From contig CASEQD010000001.1 of the NCBI GenBank assembly GCA_949289935.1, positions 81,375-145,374 on the forward strand: DNA of 64,000 nucleotides, read 5' to 3'. Shown piece by piece: positions 47,363-58,934 of the stretch (the first letter of the stretch is position 1; each line of letters begins with the position of its first letter). The notes under the pieces were generated by a model. It was not told the origin of the DNA and ran no database searches. It worked only from the letters and a program-made list of their open reading frames with translations. The position numbers and the translations under genes are program-made. Source of the stretch: an uncultured Pseudomonadota bacterium. GTDB taxonomy: Bacteria; Pseudomonadota; Alphaproteobacteria; RF32; CAG-239.

Positions 47363-48499
47363 TTAAGCTGATTTCGGGGCTGTCAACTGCTCCATGGGCA
47401 GAGGATGCTCTGACGAACCAAGTTCTATTTCTTCAATTTTTTCAATCCGGCGGGAGATTTTTCCCGATGAAATTTTTATATCGTTGATATCTTTTCCGGC
47501 CTGTTCAAAATGACGCCCCAGATTTTCAATCCGATCATCAAGGCGGGCGATATCTTCAATAAGACTACCCACTTCTTTTTGGATAACGCCGGCTTGTTCC
47601 CGCATGCGGGCATCTTTCAAAACCGCACGCACCGTATTCAGCGTCGCCATTAAAGTTGTCGGAGAGACTATCCAAACTTTTGCCCGGTAAGATGCTTCCA
47701 CAACATCTACAAAATTGGCATGCAATTCGGCATAAACACTTTCCGAAGGCATAAACATCAGAGCAGACTCGGCAGTTTCGCCGGGGATAATATATTTTTC
47801 GGAAATATCTTTTATGTGTTTCAGCACCGATGCACGAAAAAAACGTTCGGCTTCGGCTTTTTCACGATCAGACGAAGCATTGCGCAACGCCTGATAACTT
47901 TCCAGTGGAAATTTAGAATCAATCACGATTGTACCCGGAGGATTGGGCAGCTTCAAGACGCAGTCTGCCCGTTTCTGGTTAGAAAGAACAACCTGAAAAG
48001 CATATGCCGAAGGCGGAAGAATCGATGTTACCAAATCATTCAGCTGGATTTCTCCAAAGGCACCCCGCGCCTGCTTGTTGCTTAAGACTTCCTGCAAAGA
48101 AACGACCTGTTCCGAAAGGCTGGAAATTTTTTGCTGGGCAACATCTATTTTTGCCAGACGTTCTCGCAGATCGTTCAAAGTCTGAGCCGTTTTGTCTGCC
48201 GAAGTCTGGAGTCCCTGCCCTACGTTTTTGGTTACTTCCAGAAGTCTTTCATCCATGATTTTAAGCAAAGATATTTTTTGCTCCTGAATGGCCTGCGCCA
48301 ACATAGCCTGCTGCGCCGAATTGCTTTCGCTCATCTGGCTGAGACGCCCGGCCAATTCGCTTTGAGCCCGAAAAATGCCGTCGGCAAACAGAGACAGACC
48401 ATTGTCTTTGTTTTTGCGGAAAAGCATATACAACAAAATTATTGCAACAGCTCCGGTTAAAACAGTCAAAAGGAGCAAAATTGTTTTGATATCAAACAT
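47363..48499 (-). CDS. rmuC: DNA recombination protein RmuC
   Basis: RGAFGEIQL, IDSKFPL, MFMPSE, SPTTLMA. Confidence 0.93.
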   Translation of the reverse strand: MFDIKTILLLLTVLTGAVAIILLYMLFRKNKDNGLSLFADGIFRAQSELAGRLSQMSESNSAQQAMLAQAIQEQKISLLKIMDERLLEVTKNVGQGLQTSADKTAQTLNDLRERLAKIDVAQQKISSLSEQVVSLQEVLSNKQARGAFGEIQLNDLVTSILPPSAYAFQVVLSNQKRADCVLKLPNPPGTIVIDSKFPLESYQALRNASSDREKAEAERFFRASVLKHIKDISEKYIIPGETAESALMFMPSESVYAELHANFVDVVEASYRAKVWIVSPTTLMATLNTVRAVLKDARMREQAGVIQKEVGSLIEDIARLDDRIENLGRHFEQAGKDINDIKISSGKISRRIEKIEEIELGSSEHPLPMEQLTAPKSA

Positions 48500-48507
48500 C
48501 GGCAGAC

Positions 48508-49482
48508 TTAATTTTCAGGCAAATGACGTCCCATTTCCAAAAATTTTGCCGTACGGCTTTTTTTCAATTCTTCCGTATTGACCGGCAACAATTCCTTCAG
48601 GTGTTTAAAAATGACATCCCCTACTTTTTCAATGGTTCCCTGAGGATCACGATGAGCTCCGCCGAGCGGTTCGGGAATAATTTCATCAATAACGCCAAAA
48701 TGTTTCAAATCCTGCGCTGTCAGACGCAAAGCCTCCGCAGCTTCTTTTACTTTATCCGTTGAACGCCACAAAATGGAGCTGCAGGCTTCCGGCGAGATAA
48801 CCGAATAAATTGAATTTTCAAGCATTAATATTCTATCTGCAGCCGCTATGGCTATAGCGCCGCCGGAACCGCCCATGCCGATAATTGTTGAAATTATGGG
48901 AGTTTTGATTTTCAGGCACTTTTCAATAGAAGAAGCAATTGCCTCAGCCTGCCCCCGGGCTTCAGCATCCACACCAGGATAAGCACCGTCCGTATCGACA
49001 AAACACAAAACCGGCAAGTTGAATTTGTCGGCCAAAGACATCATTCGCTGAGCCTTGCGATAGCCTTCCGGTTTTGCCATGCCGAAATTATATTTAATCC
49101 GGCTTTCCAGATCGTGCCCTTTTTCCTGTCCGAGAACAACAACGGAAATTCCTTTAAAACGGCCGATGCCGGCAATCATGGTCGGATCGTCGGCGAATGC
49201 TCTGTCTCCGGCCAACGGCACAAAATCTTCAATCAAAGCATGGATATAATCCAAACATTGCGGACGATCCGGATGGCGGGCAACCTGCGCTTTCTGCCAA
49301 GGCGAAAGATTTGCATAAGCCAGACGCAGCTGTTTTTGAAGTTTTTCCTGCAGGCGGGAAACTTCACCGGAAATATCCACATCTTCCTCTTCCGCCAGTT
49401 TTTTCAAGCCTTCTATTTTGGCTTCGACTTCAACAATCGTTTTTTCAAAATCCAAAACCAAACTGTTATTATTTGAACTCAT
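48508..49482 (-). CDS. accA: Acetyl-CoA carboxylase carboxyltransferase alpha subunit
   Basis: ARHPDRP, PEGYRKA, GGSGGA, YSVISPE. Confidence 0.97.
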   Translation of the reverse strand: MSSNNNSLVLDFEKTIVEVEAKIEGLKKLAEEEDVDISGEVSRLQEKLQKQLRLAYANLSPWQKAQVARHPDRPQCLDYIHALIEDFVPLAGDRAFADDPTMIAGIGRFKGISVVVLGQEKGHDLESRIKYNFGMAKPEGYRKAQRMMSLADKFNLPVLCFVDTDGAYPGVDAEARGQAEAIASSIEKCLKIKTPIISTIIGMGGSGGAIAIAAADRILMLENSIYSVISPEACSSILWRSTDKVKEAAEALRLTAQDLKHFGVIDEIIPEPLGGAHRDPQGTIEKVGDVIFKHLKELLPVNTEELKKSRTAKFLEMGRHLPEN

Positions 49483-49643
49483 TTTTTTCTCTATTGAACA
49501 TTAAAACTTATATGTTTTTAGCACAAAAAAAATCAAATTTCGACTCTTTTTTGTTTTTCTGTGAATTTTGTCTTTCTATTCTGAGGATTTTCGTTACAAT
49601 TTTATTGAAATCTAATACAAACTGACTACTATGAAGTATCGTT

Positions 49644-51002
49644 TTGGTTTTGTTGAGGAGGCATTCCGTGCTGGCACTGACTTTTTTCATATCCGTTTTT
49701 TCCAGCGTTGTATGGCTGATTTATGCCGCATTATTTATTTCCGACAAGCTACAGGGAATTTCCCTGATGAACCTGGGGCTTATCGACGCTTCCGTTTATG
49801 CGGCGTTTCTGCTGCTGCCGGCTTTTTTTCTATGGACGATTTTCGGGCATATAAACCATTATATTTCTAACAAAAATATTTACGGCAACTTATCATCCCT
49901 GACCAGGCAGATGAAAAAAAGCATGGATTATACGGATTTGGTCGCCCGGATTTTGCTGGAGGCCGAACAAGAAATCAAAGACGGTTTTATGCTGAATAAA
50001 TTTGACGTTTTCATTGCCGATATGAACGAAGTTTTGTCCGAAATAATCAGACGTTGCAGCCTTGCTTCTTCCGAGCAAATCGAGAATCTGTGGACAAAGG
50101 TGCAAAACGGTGGAAAATGGTCTTTCGGCAAAGTCATCATCGAGGTCTGCCAAAATCAGCCTGATTTTTCCATGCGAATTATAAACAAGGCAAAAAACGA
50201 TATTGTCCTTGCCGGCTCTATCCTGGAATTTTCGGCACGTTATCAAAGTCTTATCAGCTTGCTGGAGCGTCATGACAAAGAACATGTTTTTTTGAACATG
50301 GTTGAAACCGGCGTTTTTGGAAAAGTTTTTTCCATTCTGGCGCCGATGGCCGATGAAATTAAACGCAGCAAGCAACAGGCAGCCAATCAAAACCAAAATC
50401 TGCAAACGTCTTTTTCGGCCGAAAGAATCAACTCCGAAGCGGCAGGAACGGAGAATGTTATCCGAAATACGAACATTGAAACAAAAAAGCAGAAAGATGA
50501 TTTTTCCCGCTTGTCATCCCCAACTTCGTCTCTGTCGTCAAAGTTTCATTTATTCAGAAAACGCCTGAAAAATCAGAATGAGCAAAACAATATACCGAAT
50601 ACGACTGTTCAGGAATCGGGAAAAGATCCGTTTACGCTGGCTTTGGAAAGGAGTTTCGGTACTGAGGAAAAACTTTCGGAAAAAGATGAAGAAGCAGATA
50701 CTTCCAACAATGTTTTTCAAGAAAGAAAGGAACCGACAATTTTGTCTTTTTCCGCCGATGAACGGGATGTTCACGACGAAAGGCAGCTGGATATTGAAGA
50801 TTTTACCGGTCATGTCAACAACATAAACCATAAAGGAAACAATGTCGCTCAATTCAGCGCAACCCGGAAAACGCTTAATTCCCTGCGGCGGGAGATGAGC
50901 GGTTTGCAAGATGTTTCTTCTCAGCAGCAAAAAGAGGAAAAAGATGTGCTCTCGGTTCCTCCGTTCAGCAACTGGACAGATGAAATTGCCGAAAAGAGAT
51001 AG
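49644..51002 (+). CDS. Hypothetical membrane protein (2 TM, helical domain, disordered tail)
   Basis: Long ORF with N-terminal hydrophobic segments. Confidence 0.65.
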   Translation: MVLLRRHSVLALTFFISVFSSVVWLIYAALFISDKLQGISLMNLGLIDASVYAAFLLLPAFFLWTIFGHINHYISNKNIYGNLSSLTRQMKKSMDYTDLVARILLEAEQEIKDGFMLNKFDVFIADMNEVLSEIIRRCSLASSEQIENLWTKVQNGGKWSFGKVIIEVCQNQPDFSMRIINKAKNDIVLAGSILEFSARYQSLISLLERHDKEHVFLNMVETGVFGKVFSILAPMADEIKRSKQQAANQNQNLQTSFSAERINSEAAGTENVIRNTNIETKKQKDDFSRLSSPTSSLSSKFHLFRKRLKNQNEQNNIPNTTVQESGKDPFTLALERSFGTEEKLSEKDEEADTSNNVFQERKEPTILSFSADERDVHDERQLDIEDFTGHVNNINHKGNNVAQFSATRKTLNSLRREMSGLQDVSSQQQKEEKDVLSVPPFSNWTDEIAEKR

Positions 51003-52809
51003 TTTGCTTTTTTTATTCCGGATAGCCGTTTTTTGCTGTTTTTTTCCGGCTTTTGCCGAAGCCGCACAGATTTCCGGGCATCTTTCTCTTTATGGCGAAG
51101 CGAAATACCGTGATGGATTTAAGCATTTTGATTATGTTAACCCTCAAGCTCCCAAAGGAGGAAAAGTTGTTTTTCCGTCCTATGGAAGTTTTGACAATTT
51201 TAATCCTTTTATTTTCAAAGGAACGGCAGCAGCCGAGGCTGCGGCTTTGACATTAGATACACTCGGTTTTTCTCCTGCAGACGATCCGTCAGTTGTCTAT
51301 CCGCTGATTGCAAAGAAATTTGAACAACCGACAGACAAAACCTATATCGGTTTTATTTTAGACGAACGGGCAAAATTCAGCAACGGAACACCGGTCAGCG
51401 CTGACGATGTTATCTTCAGCTTTAAAATCCTTACGGAAAAAGGAGCGCCAATTTACAGGGTTTATTACGGAGACGTCGATTATGTAAAAAAAATAAACAA
51501 TCATCATGTGCGCTTTTATTTTAAGAAAGGTTCCAACAACAAAGAACTTCCGCTTATTTTATCACAGCTTTCCGTCTTTTCAAAAAAAGACTGGGAAGGA
51601 AAGGATTTTTCCAAACCGTCTCTAACACCTTATGTCGGCAGCGGCCCGTATATTCTGGATCGTTTTCAGCCGGGAAAATATGTTGTTTTTAAAAGGAATC
51701 CCGATTATTGGGCAAAAGATATTCCGTCCCGCCGCGGCTTTTATAATTTTGATATTGTCGATTATGAATATTATCAGGATACAACAGTTACGCTTCAGGC
51801 GCTGTTTTCCGGAAACATTGATCTGCGGCAGGAATATATTGCCAAAATATGGGCGACGGGTTATGACAATCGTCAAGTTAAAAGCGGCCAAATCATCAAA
51901 GCCGAATTTCCGCATAATAAAACCGCTGTTTTGCAGATGTTCATGTTTAATCTCAGAAAAGATATTTTCAAGGACAGACGGGTGAGAAAAGCCATCGGTC
52001 TGGCTTTTGATTTCGACTGGGCCAATGACAAGCTTTTTTATAATCAATACCGGCGGCTGACCAGCTATTTCACCAACAGCGGCATGGAAGCTTCCGGCTT
52101 GCCGACAGGGAAAGAGCTGCACATCCTCAAAAAATATCGTTCGCAACTCGACGACGAAATCTTTACACAGCCGCCGGAAATCCCGTCTCATCAAACTCCG
52201 GTGCAGACAAGGAAAAATCTCAGAGAAGCCGTCCGTCTGCTCCGGGAGGCCGGTTATACGTTTAAAGACGGAAAAATGGTTAATATAGAAACCGGAGTTC
52301 CTCTTTCTTTTGAAATCATAGACAATTCCGCCAATGGCAAATCTTTTACCCGTGTTATGCTGCCGTTTATCCATAATCTGAAAAAAATAGGGATAGATGC
52401 GACTTTTCGTACGATTGAAGTTAATATTTATAAAAACCGTTTGGATAATTTTGATTTTGATGTTGCCATTATGGCTTTTGCCATGAGCCAGATGCCGGGA
52501 AACGAACAAAAGGAAATGTGGGGAAGCGCCTCCTCCATGGTTAACGGTTCTTATAACATCGCCGGCGTCGCCAATCCGGTTGCGGATGAATTAATCAATG
52601 GTTTTGTTACGGCTCAAAACAAAAATGATTATGAGGCCTATGTCCGGGCTTTTGACAGACTTATGCTTTATGAAAATTATATTATTCCCCAATGGTATTC
52701 ACCAACAGATAAAGCCGTTTATGCCAATAAATTTGAACTGCCGCGGACAAAGCTTAAAGTCGGGTTTCAACCGTTTACCTGGTGGATGAAAAAGGAATAC
52801 AGGCCATGA
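50980..52809 (+). CDS. Peptide ABC transporter substrate-binding protein (YejA-like)
   Basis: [34 protein letters not shown]. Confidence 0.9.
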   Translation: MKLPKRDSLLFLFRIAVFCCFFPAFAEAAQISGHLSLYGEAKYRDGFKHFDYVNPQAPKGGKVVFPSYGSFDNFNPFIFKGTAAAEAAALTLDTLGFSPADDPSVVYPLIAKKFEQPTDKTYIGFILDERAKFSNGTPVSADDVIFSFKILTEKGAPIYRVYYGDVDYVKKINNHHVRFYFKKGSNNKELPLILSQLSVFSKKDWEGKDFSKPSLTPYVGSGPYILDRFQPGKYVVFKRNPDYWAKDIPSRRGFYNFDIVDYEYYQDTTVTLQALFSGNIDLRQEYIAKIWATGYDNRQVKSGQIIKAEFPHNKTAVLQMFMFNLRKDIFKDRRVRKAIGLAFDFDWANDKLFYNQYRRLTSYFTNSGMEASGLPTGKELHILKKYRSQLDDEIFTQPPEIPSHQTPVQTRKNLREAVRLLREAGYTFKDGKMVNIETGVPLSFEIIDNSANGKSFTRVMLPFIHNLKKIGIDATFRTIEVNIYKNRLDNFDFDVAIMAFAMSQMPGNEQKEMWGSASSMVNGSYNIAGVANPVADELINGFVTAQNKNDYEAYVRAFDRLMLYENYIIPQWYSPTDKAVYANKFELPRTKLKVGFQPFTWWMKKEYRP

Positions 52810-53879
52810 GGAATTATATTTTTAAACGCCTTTTGCTGATTCCGCTTACTCTGCTGGGAATTATCTCGGTTAATTTTCTGATTGTTCAAGCTGCACCGGG
52901 CGGGCCGGTAGAACAGACTCTGGCGAAATACCGCGGCATGAATGTCGACGGCAAAGGCAGTCTCGGCGCCGCAGCACAGGCAGATGTTTCCCGTGCTTCG
53001 TCAAAATATCAAGGCGCACGCGGCGTGCCGGATGATCTGGTCAAAGAACTTGAAAAACAGTTTGGTTTTGACAAGCCGTTACACATTCGTTATTTGAAAA
53101 TGCTGAAAGACTATATTTGCTTTGATTTCGGCAAAAGCTATTATAAAGACAAAACCGTTTGGGAACTGATTGTCGAACGGATGCCGGTTTCGGTTTCGCT
53201 GGGACTGTGGTCAACGCTCATTATTTATCTGATATCCATTCCGCTGGGGATAAAAAAAGCGGTGCGAGACGGTTCGCCTTTTGATGTGTGGACGTCTTTT
53301 ATTGTGATTTTGGGCGCGGCCATTCCGGTTTTTCTGTTTGCGGTATTTTTGATTGTCTTTTTTGCCGGCGGAACATATTTTCAGTGGTTTCCGCTGCGGG
53401 GGTTGACGTCTCCGGGCTGGGAAAACCTGAGCATCGGGGGAAAAATAATTGACTATTTGTGGCATATTACCCTGCCGGTCATTACCATGGTTATCGGTGG
53501 TTTTGCCAGTTTAACCATGCTGACGAAAAATTCGTTTCTGGATGAAATAAACAAACCTTATGTATTGACGGCCCGCGCCAAAGGACTGAATGAAAACCGC
53601 ATTTTATACGGGCATGTTTTCCGCAATGCCATGCTGATTGTAATTGCCGGTTTTCCGAATATGCTGATTAAAATGTTGTTTACAGGTTCCGTTCTCATTG
53701 AGGTTATTTTTTCTCTCAACGGTTTGGGTTTGCTCGGTTATGAAGCAATTATGACGCGGGATTATCCGGTAATTTTCGGGACGCTTTATATTTTTGCCCT
53801 GCTGGGACTGATTCTCAAGCTTCTGAGTGATATTACCTATTCGCTGGTTGATCCCCGGATTAATTTTGAGGCAAATTAA
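52806..53879 (+). CDS. yejB: Peptide ABC transporter permease (YejB-like)
   Basis: [33 protein letters not shown]. Confidence 0.9.
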   Translation: MRNYIFKRLLLIPLTLLGIISVNFLIVQAAPGGPVEQTLAKYRGMNVDGKGSLGAAAQADVSRASSKYQGARGVPDDLVKELEKQFGFDKPLHIRYLKMLKDYICFDFGKSYYKDKTVWELIVERMPVSVSLGLWSTLIIYLISIPLGIKKAVRDGSPFDVWTSFIVILGAAIPVFLFAVFLIVFFAGGTYFQWFPLRGLTSPGWENLSIGGKIIDYLWHITLPVITMVIGGFASLTMLTKNSFLDEINKPYVLTARAKGLNENRILYGHVFRNAMLIVIAGFPNMLIKMLFTGSVLIEVIFSLNGLGLLGYEAIMTRDYPVIFGTLYIFALLGLILKLLSDITYSLVDPRINFEAN

Positions 53880-54610
53880 GCCCGCTCGCGGTTGTTGCTT
53901 TTTTGTTCAAGCAACCGTTGGATTTCTCCATCATCCAATTGTTTTCGGCGAGGCGGCGTTATTTGCGCCAAAAGTTCAGGATGCATATTCAACATTGTCA
54001 GTTTTTGCTGTTCCAAAGCCTGTTGGATAAGCTGCTGCTGCACTTTTAACAATTCCATAATTTGCGGATTTATGGTATTTAAGGCCATATTATCAGCCAG
54101 CCCGAGCTGCATTAAATCATTCCGGAAAAGACGATGTTGCTGTGATAAAGCTTCCTGTTCCTGATGTTTTCTTCTGACATCGCGGAAAATGGCAAAAGTA
54201 TCCATCCCTTCAAGCTGGTAAAAACGTTCATTATAAATGCGTTCCCGCGAAAAAGCCCGCAGCATATTTTCAGGGTCAAGCGTATTTTCGGTAAAATGAA
54301 TATGGTTACCGTCGTAAACAGCAATATTGTCGCGAAAAAATTCATATGAATGTTTTTTCTGGCGATGCTTGTCAATCCCGGCATAACTGTAAGCGATATT
54401 AACCAGGCTCTTGGTAAAACCTTCTCGTGCCAAAATCGGCAAATTCATTTCTGACGCCTGCGTTTCATAAGCTGCCTGAAGAATTGAAAACTGCCGCAAC
54501 TTTACCAGCTCCCAAAATTGTTCTTCTTTAAACGGCACATTGGAAGAAATGCCGTCCAAACCGGCTTTTTCGACCATAAACATCATTTTATCATGCAATC
54601 TGGGATTCAT
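53876..54610 (-). CDS. Hypothetical protein with Gln-rich C-terminus
   Basis: 244-aa ORF; no recognised motif. Confidence 0.6.
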   Translation of the reverse strand: MNPRLHDKMMFMVEKAGLDGISSNVPFKEEQFWELVKLRQFSILQAAYETQASEMNLPILAREGFTKSLVNIAYSYAGIDKHRQKKHSYEFFRDNIAVYDGNHIHFTENTLDPENMLRAFSRERIYNERFYQLEGMDTFAIFRDVRRKHQEQEALSQQHRLFRNDLMQLGLADNMALNTINPQIMELLKVQQQLIQQALEQQKLTMLNMHPELLAQITPPRRKQLDDGEIQRLLEQKSNNRERA

Positions 54611-54676
54611 TTTTCACCGCCATTTGTCAAATATGGCTGTAATATAGCATATTTTCAGCTTAATTTCTACAATTTT

Positions 54677-55153
54677 TTAAAATTTGTATTTTTCAATCAG
54701 CGGTTTGAAGTATTTTATGACCTGTTGGTAAACGTTTTTTTTAAAATCAACAACATTATCGGCGGCCGTTTCAATATCCGTCCAGCGCCAGCTTTTAAAT
54801 TCCGGTTCTCCGGTTTGCAGATTGATTTCCTTATCATTTCCCGTCAGTAAGAACAGACTCCAATATTGCTCCTGGCCGTCATTAAAAATTCCGCGCGAGG
54901 CATTGCTTTTTTTTATTTCGGGAGGAAAATCATATGTCAAAGGCTGCGGCAGAGAGGCAACATATTTTACCGATATCAGGGATGTTTCTTCCCGAAGCTC
55001 CCGGACAGCCGCTTCAACTGCCGTTTCTCCCTTATCTATTCCTCCCTGGGGAAACTGCCAGGCATTTTTAAAATTTCCAACCCGTTCGCAAAGCAAAACT
55101 TTTCGTTCGCGGTTAAACACAACTATGCCGGCATTTTTACGGTAATGTTTCAT
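54677..55153 (-). CDS. rppH: RNA pyrophosphohydrolase
   Basis: YRKNAG, WQFPQGGID, RELREET Nudix box, GQEQYW. Confidence 0.92.
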   Translation of the reverse strand: MKHYRKNAGIVVFNRERKVLLCERVGNFKNAWQFPQGGIDKGETAVEAAVRELREETSLISVKYVASLPQPLTYDFPPEIKKSNASRGIFNDGQEQYWSLFLLTGNDKEINLQTGEPEFKSWRWTDIETAADNVVDFKKNVYQQVIKYFKPLIEKYKF

Positions 55154-55162
55154 GTTTTTATG

Positions 55163-56356
55163 TTAATTCTCCACAACGACTTCGGACAAAGGAATCAGCG
55201 CAAACGGTTTTTCAATGGCGGTGATGTTTTTTTCTTTCATTTCTTCATAAGTATATTGCGGAGAAAACGAATTAACCCACCGATGCAGCTCTTGCAAAAC
55301 AACCGGTTTCGGCTCGACAGCCACCAGAACAAAACCTTTGTTTTGTGCGACCAGCTCCGCCTGCATAAAATTGCGGCGAATGTTTTCAACCGTATAATCA
55401 TGATCAATAACAATATCTGCTTTTTGCCGCGGAAGCCCTTTTATTGATATGCCGTCAACACCGCTTTCACCGGTGGCATCTATAAATAAAAGCCCCATAT
55501 TCAACACCTCGGCAAACAGCTCTTTCAGCCGCTCAATATTGCTTTCATCGGCAACGCCTTTGTTTATAACCACGCCGCCGATTGCCGCCGGAGACGATAC
55601 CGTCCGTTTCAGTCTGATTTTGTTTTCATCCTGATCCGCCGTAATGCTCATAGCCAGAGGCCCACTATCCGAACGAAGAAAATCTTTTGACGACAAATAT
55701 AAATCGACATAAGTTTCATGTCCGTTTTTTCTGGCTTCGGTTATGAGCTCATCATTCTCAAGCCCGTAAGGAGAGAAAGAAAGCGAAACTTCGGCGGGAA
55801 ATTTGGTTATGACAGCACGGGTCGTCCGCCGGTCCATGCCTAAATTTTTGACAACGACGGCCACTCTCGAAAAATTCGGCTGGACGGAGACGCTTTCCGC
55901 GGCATATTCTATCCAGGGCTTTCGTCCGTCTTCGGAAATTGCCGGGATTTTCAAACCATTTTCATCCCGGAGCAAAGAAGAATCCGCCTCAATAATTTTC
56001 AAAGGACGAACAGCAGCCACGTCATCTATCTTACTCAGGTTCGGTGTATTATTAACCAGTTCGCGCAGTTTGATTTCTTCTTCAGAAAGGCCGTCATAGT
56101 TCCGCCGCCGCGGTGTTTCTTTTTTATCTTCTTTACGTTCGGCTTTTTCCATTTTTTTTGATTTTGTTTTATCCGGCAGCGTAATGATGTATTTTGGCGA
56201 CTTGTTATCCGTATCAAACAACAATTTGTCAACTTTGCTATCGTAACGGGGTTTTGTGCTTTTATCCGCGACATAAAAAACCAATCCTGCCATTACCAGC
56301 AAAACCGATAATATTACGACTGCCGCCTTAAGTTTTTGTTTTGCTCCCGTATTCAA
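55163..56356 (-). CDS. Divergent polysaccharide deacetylase family protein
   Basis: LSFSPY, ARKNGHE, FIDAT; usual position after ctpA. Confidence 0.8.
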   Translation of the reverse strand: MNTGAKQKLKAAVVILSVLLVMAGLVFYVADKSTKPRYDSKVDKLLFDTDNKSPKYIITLPDKTKSKKMEKAERKEDKKETPRRRNYDGLSEEEIKLRELVNNTPNLSKIDDVAAVRPLKIIEADSSLLRDENGLKIPAISEDGRKPWIEYAAESVSVQPNFSRVAVVVKNLGMDRRTTRAVITKFPAEVSLSFSPYGLENDELITEARKNGHETYVDLYLSSKDFLRSDSGPLAMSITADQDENKIRLKRTVSSPAAIGGVVINKGVADESNIERLKELFAEVLNMGLLFIDATGESGVDGISIKGLPRQKADIVIDHDYTVENIRRNFMQAELVAQNKGFVLVAVEPKPVVLQELHRWVNSFSPQYTYEEMKEKNITAIEKPFALIPLSEVVVEN

Positions 56357-56368
56357 CCGATATCTTCC

Positions 56369-57688
56369 TTATTTTTGATTTTTACCTTGTTCGTAAATCC
56401 CCATGGCGCGCACCAAATCTATTGCCCGTGCCAGCTGGTAGTCTTTGGATAGCTCTTCTTTTTCGGCTTTGGCTTTTTTCTGCTTTTCTGCATCGGTTTT
56501 TTCTTCGGTTTCGTTTTTCAGTGCATTGTTATATTCGCCTTCGCTTAATTCAAACGGGCTTTCGATTTCTTCAACTTTTGCCGGTTTTACAGCAACATCC
56601 GGCTCAATTCCCTTTACCTGGATGGAACGTCCCGAAGGGGTATAATAACGAGCGGTCGTCAAACGCATGGCTCCGTGTTTTCCCAACGGAATAACCGTTT
56701 GCACAGAACCTTTACCAAAAGTCTTTTCTCCAAGGATAATTGCCCGTTTGTGATCCTGAAGCGCTCCAGCAACAATTTCCGAAGCCGAAGCCGAACCATC
56801 ATTTACAATGACGACTATCGGCAGGCCTTCTGCGATGTCTCCTTTTTCGGCATTGTATTTTACGGTATCTTCTTCATTGCGGGAACGGGTGGATACAATT
56901 TCTCCCTGATCAAGAAACAGATCGGATACGCTGACCGCCTGATCGAGCAAACCTCCGGGATTGTTGCGGATATCCAAAACAATACCTTTCAGTTTCCCCT
57001 TTAATTTCTTTTTGGCATCCTTAACTGCCTTTTCAACCATTTTGTCCGTATCGTCACTGAATGAAGTTATCCTGACGTAGACAACATCTTCGCTTTTGAT
57101 GTTGCTTTTTACGGTTTGGATTTTGATTTCTTCACGTTTGATTGTTACGTCAAAGGGCTTTTGATTAAAGCGGCGGATAGTCAGTTTTACTTTTGAGCCG
57201 ATTTTGCCGCGCATTTTGTCAACCGCGTCATTAAGGCTCATCCCGACAACGGATTCCCCGTCTATATTTACGATATAATCCCCCGGCTTCAACCCCGCTT
57301 TAAACGCCGGCGTATCGTCCAGAGGAGAAACAATTTTGACAACGCCGCTTTCCATGGTTACTTCTATGCCCAGTCCTCCGAATTTTCCTTTGGTCTGCTC
57401 GCTCATATATTTGAAATCTTTTCCGTCCATATAACTGGAATGAGGATCAAGAGAAATTAACATACCGTTAATCGCCGACTGAATCAGCTGTTCATCGGAT
57501 ACTTCGTCCACATAGGATGTTTTTGCCCGCTCCAAAACTTCTCCAAAAAGGTTCAGCAGCTCATATGTCTCCTCCGGAGAAGTTTCCACCGGTTTTTTAT
57601 CGGTTTTGGCAGCTTGAGCAACGACCGGCGCCGTCGTCAACATAACCAATAACGAAAAACAAGCTGATATTTTCTTTAACATTTTCAT
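56369..57688 (-). CDS. ctpA: C-terminal processing protease (S41)
   Basis: LDPHSSY, DIRNNPGGLL, SASASEIVAGALQD, FGKGSVQ. Confidence 0.94.
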   Translation of the reverse strand: MKMLKKISACFSLLVMLTTAPVVAQAAKTDKKPVETSPEETYELLNLFGEVLERAKTSYVDEVSDEQLIQSAINGMLISLDPHSSYMDGKDFKYMSEQTKGKFGGLGIEVTMESGVVKIVSPLDDTPAFKAGLKPGDYIVNIDGESVVGMSLNDAVDKMRGKIGSKVKLTIRRFNQKPFDVTIKREEIKIQTVKSNIKSEDVVYVRITSFSDDTDKMVEKAVKDAKKKLKGKLKGIVLDIRNNPGGLLDQAVSVSDLFLDQGEIVSTRSRNEEDTVKYNAEKGDIAEGLPIVVIVNDGSASASEIVAGALQDHKRAIILGEKTFGKGSVQTVIPLGKHGAMRLTTARYYTPSGRSIQVKGIEPDVAVKPAKVEEIESPFELSEGEYNNALKNETEEKTDAEKQKKAKAEKEELSKDYQLARAIDLVRAMGIYEQGKNQK

Positions 57689-57694
57689 TCCTCT

Positions 57695-58930
57695 TTAACT
57701 TTGAATCCAGGTTAGCGGATTAACCGGATGGTTGTCTTTGCGGATTTCGATATAAAGCCGGGCATTTTCATCATCAGGCATCTGTCCGACCGGCTCTCCG
57801 GCCAACAGAAGCTGTCCGAGTTCTATATCTATTGTATCCAGTCCGGCCAAAAGGCTTAAATATCCTTTACCGTGGTCTATAATAATCAGATTGCCGTAAC
57901 CCCGGAACGGTCCGGCAAAAATAACCGTTCCGTCAAACGGTGAAACGACTTGCGCCAGGCTGCGCGCCTGCACGATAATTCCCTTGGAACTGACGCCTTT
58001 TGCGGTTTCTTCGCCATAACGCGTTATCACCTTTCCTCTCACCGGCATGGGCAAACGTCCTTTGGCCTTGATAAAATCAGTTCCCTGTTCCTTTATATCC
58101 TCCGCTTTTATTTTAATCAAGCCGTCTTGCCGACTTTCCTCCTGTTTTTTACGGCGGAGTTCTTCCCGGCGCCGGGCTTCTTCTTTTTCCCGACGTTCTT
58201 TTTCCTGTTTCTCTTTTTCCAGTTTTTTCAGCAAATCTTTCAGATCCTGCGCCTGAGATGCCAGTTTATCAACCCGTTTTCTGGCTTCTTCCGTTTGAAG
58301 TTTTATACTGCTGCCCAATCTGGTTTTTTTCTGCATCAATTCTTTTAACCGGGTATGTTCTTTTTCGAGATTTTTTTTCTGAATTGAAATTTTATTTACC
58401 TGCGCTTCAATCTTTTTTTTCTGTGCATTTATTTGCTCCAGTTTTTTGCGAATCCGACGGGCATTTTGCTCTAAATGAGGAACAGTTTCCCGCAGAAGCA
58501 TGGCGCTACGGATGATTTCGACCGGCGTCAGCGGCTGGACAAACAAGGATTCCGTCGGTTTCAGAGCCAAATTCTGCAAAGCGGAAAGCGTGCGAATCAG
58601 GTTATCGTCTTCAATGGCAAAATTATTTTGCACGGCATCCAATTCTTCTTTGAGTTTTTTCAACCCGTTTTCCATTCTGGAAATTTTATCTTCATTATTC
58701 TGGATTTGTTTGGCCGAACGCACCATCTGCTTTCTTAAATTCCGCAGTTCTTCGTCTATTTTATCAGCCTGACGCTGCAATCGTTCTCTTTCCGCGGCCT
58801 GTCTGGCTACCTGAGCCTCCACTTTTTTCAGTTCCGAATGAGAAACTTCAACGGCAAACGGCTCTTTTGCCGGGAAAAATAATATTCCCAGCAAAAGAAA
58901 AAATAAGCCGGCTGCCGATTTCAATTTCAT
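57695..58930 (-). CDS. envC: Murein hydrolase activator EnvC
   Basis: Coiled coil plus degenerate M23 domain (FAGPFRGYG...LYIEIR). Confidence 0.88.
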   Translation of the reverse strand: MKLKSAAGLFFLLLGILFFPAKEPFAVEVSHSELKKVEAQVARQAAERERLQRQADKIDEELRNLRKQMVRSAKQIQNNEDKISRMENGLKKLKEELDAVQNNFAIEDDNLIRTLSALQNLALKPTESLFVQPLTPVEIIRSAMLLRETVPHLEQNARRIRKKLEQINAQKKKIEAQVNKISIQKKNLEKEHTRLKELMQKKTRLGSSIKLQTEEARKRVDKLASQAQDLKDLLKKLEKEKQEKERREKEEARRREELRRKKQEESRQDGLIKIKAEDIKEQGTDFIKAKGRLPMPVRGKVITRYGEETAKGVSSKGIIVQARSLAQVVSPFDGTVIFAGPFRGYGNLIIIDHGKGYLSLLAGLDTIDIELGQLLLAGEPVGQMPDDENARLYIEIRKDNHPVNPLTWIQS

Positions 58931-58934
58931 GTTT

